Assembly (NCBI GenBank): GCA_040377495.1
Contig: JBEIOQ010000001.1
Coordinates: forward strand, 1-56,500
Direction of reading: 5' to 3'
Length of the DNA stretch: 56,500 bases
Source: Halobacteriovoraceae bacterium
Lineage (GTDB): Bacteria > Bdellovibrionota > Bacteriovoracia > Bacteriovoracales > Bacteriovoracaceae
Both the position numbers and the translations under genes were made by a program. The notes beneath the pieces were generated by a model, which did not search any database, was not told the origin of the DNA, and was given only the letters and a program-made list of their open reading frames with translations. Shown piece after piece: positions 9,039 through 18,300 of the stretch (positions are counted from its first letter, which is position 1; every line of letters begins with the position of its first letter).

Positions 9039-10568
9039 TTAAACAGCAAATTTTCCTAATAAAGTTACCAAGCTTCCTACTGAAGCTCTCATGATATCCA
9101 GGATCGGAGTTGGATAAATTCCAAACACAACTACTGCTACACAAAGAGGAAGCATGTAGAAAACTTCTCTAGCATTCATATCTTCGTATTCTTTTACTTC
9201 CTCTGATGGTTCACCAAAAAACATACGCTTGAACATCCAAAGAAGATAAGCAGCACCGATAAGAAGACCAAGCACACCAACAACCGCGATTGATTGATAT
9301 TTACCAAATACACCAAGGAAAATCAGAGCTTCAGAAATAAAACCAGAAAGACCTGGCAGACCTAATGAGGCAAACATCGCAATAATAAAGATCACGGTAT
9401 AACGTGGAAGTTGTGTATAAAGACCGCCGTATCCTTTTGTCCCATCTGGCTTAACAATCCAACGATGGTGAGAACGTTCATAAAGTACACCGATCATTAA
9501 GAACATCATGGCAGTTGATGTACCGTGGTTGAACATTTGAAGAACAGCACCATTCATTCCCATAGTAGTCATTGCAGCCATACCCATCATAACGAATCCC
9601 ATGTGAGACACTGATGAATAAGCGACAAGTTTCTTCACATCATCCTGGGCCATTGCACAGAAAGCTCCATAGAGTATTGAGATCAGACCAAGAATAGCAA
9701 TCCAGTTAGAGTAATAAACCGTTGCCGCAGGAAAGATAGGAAACGAAATTCGAAGGAAACCATATGAACCCATTTTTAGCAACACCCCTGCCAGAATTAC
9801 TGATACAGCAGTAGGAGCTTGTACGTGCGCGTGTGGTAACCAAGTATGGAATGGAAAAATAGGAACCTTGATAGCGAAACCAAGAAACATAAACCAAAAG
9901 AAAACTCTTTCAAATGAAAGTGTATGGCCAAAAAGAGTAATGGTTTCATTAACGAAGTGACCACCAGCCAACGCCATAATATTAAATGAAGCTGGGCCTT
10001 TTCCAGACACATAGAAAAGAGCAATGATACCAATTAACATGAAGATTGAACCAAAGAAGGTATAAAGGAAAAACTTGATCGCTGCGTATTCGCGGTTTTC
10101 ACCACCCCAAATTCCAATAAGGAAGAACATTGGAAGAAGCATAACCTCCCAGTAAACATAGAACAAAAAGAAGTCCAATGACATGAAAACACCGAAGACC
10201 GTACTTTGTAAAAAAAGTAGTAAGGCAAAGTAGGCCTTAACTGATTTTTCAATGGTCCAAGAACTCATGGTACAAAGGAAGAATAAAAGACCTGTTAAAA
10301 TTATCATTGGAAGAGAAATTCCATCGATACCTAAAGAGTAATTGATGTGGAAATCCTTAATCCAAGGAACGCTAAAAGCAGTATTAGGTTGAATTCCAGG
10401 AAGACTTAAATCAAACCCCTTATAAAGTACGAGGGTTAAAAGAAAAGTCACTAAAGTTGTTACTAAGCTTACCCAGCGAATAACGTTCGCTTTTTCTTTG
10501 GGAACGATGAGTACTGCCACCATCCCAATAATAGGTAACCACAAAATCCAGTTTAATAAACCTTGCAC
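9039..10568 (-). CDS. nuoM: Complex-I-type membrane subunit M (ND4 family), set 1
   Basis: 509 aa. Motifs: YVYWEVMLLPMFFLIGIWGG and FPFHTWLPHAHVQAPTAVS. Confidence 0.9.
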   Translation of the reverse strand: MQGLLNWILWLPIIGMVAVLIVPKEKANVIRWVSLVTTLVTFLLTLVLYKGFDLSLPGIQPNTAFSVPWIKDFHINYSLGIDGISLPMIILTGLLFFLCTMSSWTIEKSVKAYFALLLFLQSTVFGVFMSLDFFLFYVYWEVMLLPMFFLIGIWGGENREYAAIKFFLYTFFGSIFMLIGIIALFYVSGKGPASFNIMALAGGHFVNETITLFGHTLSFERVFFWFMFLGFAIKVPIFPFHTWLPHAHVQAPTAVSVILAGVLLKMGSYGFLRISFPIFPAATVYYSNWIAILGLISILYGAFCAMAQDDVKKLVAYSSVSHMGFVMMGMAAMTTMGMNGAVLQMFNHGTSTAMMFLMIGVLYERSHHRWIVKPDGTKGYGGLYTQLPRYTVIFIIAMFASLGLPGLSGFISEALIFLGVFGKYQSIAVVGVLGLLIGAAYLLWMFKRMFFGEPSEEVKEYEDMNAREVFYMLPLCVAVVVFGIYPTPILDIMRASVGSLVTLLGKFAV

Positions 10569-10578
10569 AGGAAACTCC

Positions 10579-12762
10579 TTATATAATCTTCAATGTCCAA
10601 ATATAACTAGCTGTTACAATAATAAGTACGATGAAATAGAATTGAATTTTTCCAGATTGAACGATTCTTAGAATGAGGTTCATGAAATTAACCGCCATTC
10701 CGTTACCGTCTACCATGATTCCATCTACGATGTTGTTATCAAACCATTTGTGTGCTTTAAACACCCAACGATTTACATGTTGCCATCCATCCACAGCAAA
10801 ACGGTCATAAACTCCCATATCAAAAGCAGCGAGAAGTTTATTCATATTAAGAAGACCCTTCTGGATAATGACACCCACATAAAGATCATCAAAGTAATAA
10901 CGATTTTTGAGAGCACGAGTCCAGCCACTGAAAGTATTTACAAAAGTTGCTGGGTTCAATGATTTTTGGATATACATTAAGAACGCCAGGAACACGCCCG
11001 AGAACGCAATAATCACAGAAATGATCGCACCCCAAACGTGAGCTTTGTGTAGTTTAGCTTCTGGAGTTGTTGGATCTGGGAAATGATGAGGGTGATAGTG
11101 TGAATGCTCCCACTCCTTGGCCACTCTAGTATCCGTTGATCCAAACTGCTCACTGACATAACTCGTGAATTTTTGTACTTCGGGTTTTTTAATTAAAACA
11201 TCAAACCACTCATACTTAGACTCTGGAAAAATTCTGATCTCACCTTGACCCGTCAGTGATCCCGAATAGAACACACCAAGAGTAAAAATTGATAGAATCA
11301 AAAGAGGAATATTTGAATTAAATTGAAGATGTTCTTCATGACAGTGTTCATACACTTCTTTATCACGAGGTTCACCGTAGAAAGTTAAGAACATCATACG
11401 GAACATATAAAAGGCTGTAAGCAGGGCCGCTCCAAATCCTAGGATTGGAACTAACATATGCTTTGGATTGGCCATGAAGCCCCAATAGAGAGCATCACCA
11501 AGAATTCTATCTTTAGAAACAAATCCTGAGAAAAGTGGAATACCGGCAATGGCCAAAGTACAACACATCATCGCAATGAAAGTATAAGGAAGCTTTTTAC
11601 GTAGACCACCCATACGTGGCATTTCTTGCACATGTGAATCGGTGTGGTGGTCGTGAAGTGAGTGAATCACTGACCCGGCCGCAAGGAACAGACAAGCCTT
11701 GAAAACCGCGTGAGTAATAAGGTGCATGAAAGAAGCATTGTAGGCCCCAACACCGATACCTAAAACCATGTAACCTAATTGAGAAATAGTAGAAAAAGCG
11801 AGAACCGCTTTAATGTCGGTTTGCACGAGGGCAATTGTCGCAGCCCCAAAGGCGGTGATAGCTCCAATGTAAGCGATAAAAGTTGTCACTCCCCCCGCTT
11901 CCATTAAGGGATACATTCTTAAAGAAAGATAAACTCCAGCGGCAACCATCGTCGCTGCGTGAATAAGAGCTGAACACGGAGTTGGCCCCATCATCGCGTC
12001 TGGCAACCAAACTTGTAATGGAAACTGCGCTGACTTTCCGATGGTACCAGCGAAGATACAGTAACCAGCAAAAGTCGTAAGACCAATACCCATCACTGAC
12101 ATTCCTGCTAATTTACCAGTGGCCAAAGCAGCATAAATATCCACAAAACGAACTGAACCAAGTGCATGCCATAGTGCCATAATTCCCAGGAAGAAAATAA
12201 CGTCCCCTACTCTAGTTGTCATGAAAGCTTTAATCGATGCATTTCCGGCAGCTTCTTTCTCGTGATAAAAACCAATCAGTGAGTATGAACAGAACCCCAT
12301 AAGTTCCCAGAAGATGAAAACTGAAAGCACATTATCGGAAAGAACTAGTCCCAACATTCCTGAAGTAAAGAGTGAAAGATAATCGAAGAACTTTCCGTAC
12401 TTCGGATCGTCATGCATATAGAAAGTTGAGAATAAGTGAATGAGAGTTGCAACTCCTGTCACCATCAACAACATAACGGCTGTCATGTTATCAATATAGA
12501 TACCAAGATCTAATTTCACGATTTGATCAGCAAAGCTTAAATCAATCCAAGTGAAAACCTTGTGAACATAGTAATCGGTGTTGTACTTCATAAAGAAGAA
12601 ATCAGAGAAAACTCTGAAAGCATAAATGAATGAGCCAAAAATAGCTAAAACACTTAGCCAATCTCCCTGGCGAGGAAGTTTTCTTCCCACAAATGCATTA
12701 ATAACAAATGCAAAGAAAGGGAAAAGAAAAATCGGTGCAATGGTTCCAATCGTGTACTGCAT
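10579..12762 (-). CDS. nuoL: Complex-I-type membrane subunit L (ND5 family), set 1; unusually long
   Basis: 727 aa. Motifs: IFWELMGFCSYSLIGFY and SAQFPLQVWLPDAMMGPTPCSALIHAATMV. The C-terminal part contains a hydrophilic insertion and a lengthened YYFDDLY...VDG...VDG lateral-helix region. Confidence 0.92.
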   Translation of the reverse strand: MQYTIGTIAPIFLFPFFAFVINAFVGRKLPRQGDWLSVLAIFGSFIYAFRVFSDFFFMKYNTDYYVHKVFTWIDLSFADQIVKLDLGIYIDNMTAVMLLMVTGVATLIHLFSTFYMHDDPKYGKFFDYLSLFTSGMLGLVLSDNVLSVFIFWELMGFCSYSLIGFYHEKEAAGNASIKAFMTTRVGDVIFFLGIMALWHALGSVRFVDIYAALATGKLAGMSVMGIGLTTFAGYCIFAGTIGKSAQFPLQVWLPDAMMGPTPCSALIHAATMVAAGVYLSLRMYPLMEAGGVTTFIAYIGAITAFGAATIALVQTDIKAVLAFSTISQLGYMVLGIGVGAYNASFMHLITHAVFKACLFLAAGSVIHSLHDHHTDSHVQEMPRMGGLRKKLPYTFIAMMCCTLAIAGIPLFSGFVSKDRILGDALYWGFMANPKHMLVPILGFGAALLTAFYMFRMMFLTFYGEPRDKEVYEHCHEEHLQFNSNIPLLILSIFTLGVFYSGSLTGQGEIRIFPESKYEWFDVLIKKPEVQKFTSYVSEQFGSTDTRVAKEWEHSHYHPHHFPDPTTPEAKLHKAHVWGAIISVIIAFSGVFLAFLMYIQKSLNPATFVNTFSGWTRALKNRYYFDDLYVGVIIQKGLLNMNKLLAAFDMGVYDRFAVDGWQHVNRWVFKAHKWFDNNIVDGIMVDGNGMAVNFMNLILRIVQSGKIQFYFIVLIIVTASYIWTLKII

Positions 12763-12765
12763 GAC

Positions 12766-13071
12766 TTAGTTCCTTAATTGAGTCGCTTCATCAATATGAA
12801 TCGTTTCTTTAATTTGAAAAAATCTAATAACAATCGCTAATCCCACCGCTGCTTCAGCTGCAGCGACAACAATAATGAAAAGCGCAAATATATGGCCATC
12901 TAAGTTATTAGTAACAAACTTAGAGTAGGCAACAAAATTTAAGGCCGCAGCATTTAGGATCATTTCAATCCCCAAAAGAATGGCCACAACATTTTTACGA
13001 GCGATCATGATCCAAACACCGATCGCAAACATAAACACACTAATAAGGAGGTAAGATTCTAATGTAATCAT
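12766..13071 (-). CDS. nuoK: Complex-I-type membrane subunit K (ND4L family), set 1
   Basis: 101 aa. Both conserved Glu residues are present (LLGIEMIL and AAAEAAVG). Confidence 0.9.
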   Translation of the reverse strand: MITLESYLLISVFMFAIGVWIMIARKNVVAILLGIEMILNAAALNFVAYSKFVTNNLDGHIFALFIIVVAAAEAAVGLAIVIRFFQIKETIHIDEATQLRN

Positions 13072-13080
13072 TGTTGCACC

Positions 13081-13614
13081 TTAAAAAATCTTTTTAGGAC
13101 GTGCAATAATTGCAGCCCCAATTAAAGCTCCCAGCAAAAGAACTGATGAAAGTTCAAAAGCCAGAACATGATTTGTAACTAAAAGTTTTCCAATTTTATT
13201 AACCGTAGATTCAGTTGCTGCCATTTTGTTTTGAGGAATCGCCGAACGTAAGTTAATAAACAACTTACTCGTTGAAATAACTAAAACAGCTGCAGTCAGA
13301 ATTCCGACAAAAGTAGAAAATTTATTTCCCATGGCCGGAATTAATCCCATTAAAGCTTGAGCACGCGAAACGAAGTCTTTACCGCCTGTTAACATCACTG
13401 CAAACAACATTAAGATAACAATACCACCGACATAAACCATAATTTGTGTCGCTGCTACGAAATCAGCACCTAATGTCACATACAATCCAGCCACTCCAAT
13501 AAGCGAGCCGAGCAGAAAGATACACGAGTGCATGATATTTTTTGTCGTCACTAAAGAGATCGACGACAAAAAGATCAAGAAAGTAGAAAGAAAGAAGAGT
13601 GTATTTAAAAACAT
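13081..13614 (-). CDS. nuoJ: Complex-I-type membrane subunit J (ND6 family), set 1
   Basis: 177 aa. ND6-like core ATQIMVYVGGIVILMLFAVML. It lies between the nuoH and nuoK homologues. Confidence 0.85.
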   Translation of the reverse strand: MFLNTLFFLSTFLIFLSSISLVTTKNIMHSCIFLLGSLIGVAGLYVTLGADFVAATQIMVYVGGIVILMLFAVMLTGGKDFVSRAQALMGLIPAMGNKFSTFVGILTAAVLVISTSKLFINLRSAIPQNKMAATESTVNKIGKLLVTNHVLAFELSSVLLLGALIGAAIIARPKKIF

Positions 13615-13627
13615 ATTTTAATCCTTA

Positions 13628-14782
13628 TTAATGTCCACCAGCTGCGTGGGAGCCAGCTGCGAAAATGAGATCAAAAATTGATTTCCCGTTGAACCAGTAA
13701 ACCCAAAAAGCCATTCCCACTAAATTGAAAATTGCCATTGGAGTTAAATATTTCCAACAAACAGTCATTAGTTGGTCAACACGTAGACGTGGAAGCGTCC
13801 AGCGAATCCAAATAACCACGTAGTAAAGAGCAAGTGTTTTTGAAACAAAAGCACCAATCTGAAGCAACTGCCCTACTAAACCGTCACCACCTAAATTAAA
13901 GGGAACATTGTATCCGCCCAAAAATAGAGCTGAGGCAACACCGCAAACAACAAAAACTTCTACGTACTCTGCTAATGCAAAAAATCCAAACTTCATCCCT
14001 GTATACTCAGTGTGATAACCAGAAACAAGCTCTGATTCAGCCTCAGGTAAATCGAAAGGGGCACGATTGGTCTCTGCTAGAGCACCTGTAAAGAAAACGA
14101 AGAATGCAATAAAAGCGAAAGGATTGTGAAAAATAAACCAAGTGTGAGGAAGGCCCGCCTGCTGAGCAATGATTTTGTTAAAACCAAGAGAACCAGCCAA
14201 CAAACAGATTCCTAAAACAGAAATTGTAACAGGGATTTCATAAGATATAATTTGAGAAGCTCCTCTCATTCCGCCCAACATCGACCATTTAGAGTTAGAA
14301 GCATAACCACCGAGGAAAACACCCAGACCCACCAAAGATGAGATGGCGATCAAATAAAATGTTCCAACATCTAATTGAGTAAGAGTGAAGCCAGAAGAAA
14401 AAGGCAGCACAGCTAGAGTTGAAAAAACACCGACCATGCAAAAAATGGGAGAGATAAAAAATAAAAACTTATCTGCATCTCGCGGAGTAATGTCTTCTTT
14501 CATGATCATCTTCACACCGTCTGCCAGAAACTGAAGAAGACCGTAAGGGCCAACACGGTTAGGACCAATTCGAAGTTGCATATCAGCTGAGATTTTTCTT
14601 TCAGCATACGTACCTAAACCGCCAATCGCTGCCATAATATTCACGATCACGAAGGCGACTAGGAAAAAAATAACGAAAGTAAGCAATGCTGTAACATCAA
14701 AACCTAAGCTCTTAGTGAGGAAGGCTATGAATTGTTTTACTGGCTCAAACCCAGTTAAGTAACTAACAACCGTAGAGTTCAT
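13628..14782 (-). CDS. nuoH: Complex-I-type membrane subunit H (ND1 family), set 1
   Basis: 384 aa. Motifs: ERKISADMQLRIGPNRVGPYGLLQFLADGVKM and NRAPFDLPEAESELVSGYHTEYTG. The N-terminus is longer than in the set-2 paralogue. Confidence 0.92.
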   Translation of the reverse strand: MNSTVVSYLTGFEPVKQFIAFLTKSLGFDVTALLTFVIFFLVAFVIVNIMAAIGGLGTYAERKISADMQLRIGPNRVGPYGLLQFLADGVKMIMKEDITPRDADKFLFFISPIFCMVGVFSTLAVLPFSSGFTLTQLDVGTFYLIAISSLVGLGVFLGGYASNSKWSMLGGMRGASQIISYEIPVTISVLGICLLAGSLGFNKIIAQQAGLPHTWFIFHNPFAFIAFFVFFTGALAETNRAPFDLPEAESELVSGYHTEYTGMKFGFFALAEYVEVFVVCGVASALFLGGYNVPFNLGGDGLVGQLLQIGAFVSKTLALYYVVIWIRWTLPRLRVDQLMTVCWKYLTPMAIFNLVGMAFWVYWFNGKSIFDLIFAAGSHAAGGH

Positions 14783-14784
14783 GA

Positions 14785-15216
14785 TTATTCCTTAATCTTG
14801 TTAAGTTTGTTGTTATTTTGCACATTAAAGCTTTTAACCCAATCAAGATCACCCTTTCTCCAGCAGTAGGCGATGCCAGCGACCAAAATGAACATGAAAA
14901 TTAAAACTTCAAAAAGAATCAGACCACCATTACCTTGATCAACCATTTCACGGAAAATTGATACCACTGGGAACATTAGAGCAGATTCCACATCGAAAAT
15001 AATAAAAATTAAACCTACAACGTAAAATCGTATATTGAACTGTGACCAGGCCGATCCCATCGGTTCTTCACCACACTCGTAAGGTGTTTCCTTTTTTATC
15101 GTTGGGTTACTTGGGCGTAAAATCCTAGAAGCTAAAAAAGCTAATAAACAGATCGCCACCCCCAAAAACATGAGGATAATGATTGGCATAAAGACATCAA
15201 TGTTATTTGATGGCAT
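14785..15216 (-). CDS. nuoA: Complex-I-type membrane subunit A (ND3 family), set 1; first gene of the 14-gene array
   Basis: 143 aa. Motif: YECGEEPMGSAWSQFNIRFYVVGLIFIIFDVESALMFPV. A GGAGA Shine-Dalgarno sequence lies 8 nt upstream on the minus strand. Confidence 0.9.
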   Translation of the reverse strand: MPSNNIDVFMPIIILMFLGVAICLLAFLASRILRPSNPTIKKETPYECGEEPMGSAWSQFNIRFYVVGLIFIIFDVESALMFPVVSIFREMVDQGNGGLILFEVLIFMFILVAGIAYCWRKGDLDWVKSFNVQNNNKLNKIKE

Positions 15217-15276
15217 AGAAGTGTCTCCGAATTACTAAACAAATTGTTTGGGATAGGGTACTTGATTGTAAAGATA

Positions 15277-15305
15277 TTGAAAACAGGAAAGAATCAGATT
15301 ATTTA
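15277..15305 (+). promoter_or_regulatory. Possible sigma70-type promoter for mfd
   Basis: TTGAAA (15277-15282), a 17-nt spacer, then TATTTA (15300-15305). It sits about 45 nt upstream of the mfd ATG, in the 132-bp divergent nuoA/mfd intergenic region. Confidence 0.3.
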
Positions 15306-15348
15306 GGAATTCTTTCTCTCAATTTCTCGACTGAAAAGATAAGGTTTT

Positions 15349-18300
15349 ATGCTCCGATTTGATTCGCTCAAAACTAAACTAAATTTGTGGCTGAAAGAAC
15401 CAAAAAATTCTTTTTCTTTGGATGGTATTAACGCTACGAGTTTTCAATTTTTTTACAAAAACTTTTTTTCACATCAGACTGAAACAGAAAGTTTTGATGA
15501 AATAATTCTTTGTCCCACCGCAGAAGAGGCGGAAGAATTATTTCAACACTTGAAAGTTCCCGGTGCAAAAAATATTTTTTATTTTCCAGGATTAGAAATT
15601 TCACCATACAGCAGCGCGGTGGCCAGCGAAGTTTCTCTTTTTCGTCGTCTCAAAGTTTTAGGACACCTGGCCAATCCAGAAATGCGCCAAGAAAAAATTG
15701 TTTTAATTACCTCCCTGGAAGGCTGGCTCATGCGTGTACCTCCACCAACACGCTTAGATCAATTTAAATTCACGTTAAAAGTAAGTGATATTGTTTCTCC
15801 CCAAGATTTAGCGCAAAAACTTGTCACTCTTGGTTACTCATCAGGAATCACGGTGGAAGAGCCAGGGACTTTTGCTAAAAAAGGTGAGATTTTTGATATT
15901 TACCCCACCGATTCTTCTCCTGTGCGCGTCCACTACTTTGATGATATGATCGAAGAAATCTTTTCAATTGATCCCGATACACAAAAAACTAATCGTGAGG
16001 AAAAATGGAATGAGATTATTCTCTCCCCTGCTCCCCTTGTTTTAACTTCAAGTGAATTTCAAACTAATTTACGCTCCAACATCCCCCAACCACAACCGCG
16101 CTTCAAGCACCGTCACGAAAGGCGAAAGATTATTTTCAATAAACTAAGTGAAAATGAACTTTTTGAAGAGTATGTGGCTTTTTATCCCCTATTTTTTGAT
16201 AAAACAGAGGTTTTAGGAAACTTTTTTAAACCAGATAAAACCTTAGTTTACGTCTTAGATGAAGAAAATCTAAAAAGAAATTATTTTGACTTAAAAGATA
16301 CGCTCAATAAAGAATTTGGCTTGGTTAAAGATGATACTGAATCAGATATTCTTTCTCCATCGCCTGATAAGTTTTTTGCTTTTGAAGCCCTTGATAACAT
16401 CGATCACTTTGCTAAACTTTGTCTGAACGCACTTGATATTCAAACAAACTTGGAAGAAAACTTACACAATAAAATCCTACTTAATCTAGAAACACCCTCG
16501 ACTTTTTTTCAGAGGAAAATAGGTCCTGAACTTTTACAAAATGACAAACCTCAGTTTATTAAAAAGGTAAGCGAATATTTATTTAATGAATTCCTGTCAC
16601 GTGGTGAATTAACCCTGGTTTGTCGTGGACAAAACGCCGAAGACGAACTTAATAATTTATTTTCTTATCAGGATAATTACACCAAATTTAGAAATAAAAT
16701 TAATTATATCAAAGATAAATTAGACCAAGGATTTTATTATCCTCAAGAAAATCACTTAGTCCTTTCTGATGCCGATTTTTTTCAAATAAAAAAAACTAAA
16801 ACTAAAAAAATAAAGGCCAGCAACATTGACCTATTTGCTGAACAGTTAGCAACTCTTCGTCAGGATGATTTTGTCGTTCACAGTCAGTTTGGCGTAGGTA
16901 TCTATAAGGGTCTAGAATCCATTGAATTTGGTGGGGCTAAATCGGACTTTTTGATTATTGAATATGAAAACCGAGACAAGGTTTACGTACCTGTTTACAA
17001 AATGAATCTCATTCAAAAATATGCAGATTCAAGTGCGGCTGTAAAACCAGCGAATCTTCAAAGTAAAAAATTTGAAGCAGCTAAAAACCGTGCACGAACT
17101 TCAGCCAAAGCTTTAGCTTTCGATCTATTACGTTTACAAGCAGAAAGACGCACACTCAAATCTTTTATTTTCTCTCCTCCTGACCATATGTACAAGGAGT
17201 TTGAGCTCTCTTTTGCTTTTGAAGAAACCCCTGACCAGGAAAAGGCAATTAATGATGTGGTAGAAGACATGCAACGAACCTTTCCCATGGATCGTTTAGT
17301 ATGTGGAGATGTGGGATTCGGTAAAACTGAAGTCGCCATGAGAGCAGCAATGAAAGCCGTTTTAGATAAAAAACAAGTTGCTGTACTAGTTCCAACTACC
17401 ATATTAGCACTTCAACATTACAATTCTTTTAAAAATCGCTTCAAAGATTTTGCTGTCAATGTTGAGTTTCTTTCGCGCTTTAAAACTGCCACAGAAGCTG
17501 CTTTAGTGAAAAAAGATCTAGAAGAAGGGAAAGTGGATATTGTGATCGGAACTCACGCTATACTCGCCTCCTCTATTAAATTCTTTGACCTAGGACTCCT
17601 AATTATTGATGAAGAGCACCGTTTTGGTGTCGCCCATAAAGAACAAATGAAAGTAATGCGCTCTACGCTCCATTGTTTGACCCTAACTGCGACACCTATT
17701 CCTAGAACATTACAACTTTCCTTTATGGGAATTCGCGATCTTTCTTTAATTCAAACTGCCCCCCCTAAACGCCAATCGATCAAAACCTATATCATTCATG
17801 AAGATGATCTCACGATTAAAAATGCGATTGAAAAAGAGCTTAATCGTGGAGGCCAGGTTTATTTTGTCCACAATCGTGTACATGACATTGAAGAAATTGC
17901 AGCACGAATCAAAAAACTTGTTCCTAAGGCTAAAATTGCTATTGGGCATGGGCAAATGAACGAAAAAGAATTAGAAAAAACAATTAAAGGTTTTTACCAA
18001 GGTGATTATGATATTTTACTAGCGACCACTATTATTGAATCAGGAATAGATATTCCAAGAGCAAATACTATGATTATTGATCGGGCAGATACTTATGGTT
18101 TGGCCCAACTTCATCAACTCAGAGGACGAATTGGGCGCTCTGATAAAAAGGCCTATGCCTATTTAATGATTCCACCTCATCGCAATTTGAGTGAACTAGC
18201 GAGCAAAAGATTGAAGGCATTACAAACTTATGCTGAAGTTGGTTCAGGTTTTTCCATTGCTTCATCTGACTTAGAAATTAGAGGAGCAGGGGATATTTTA

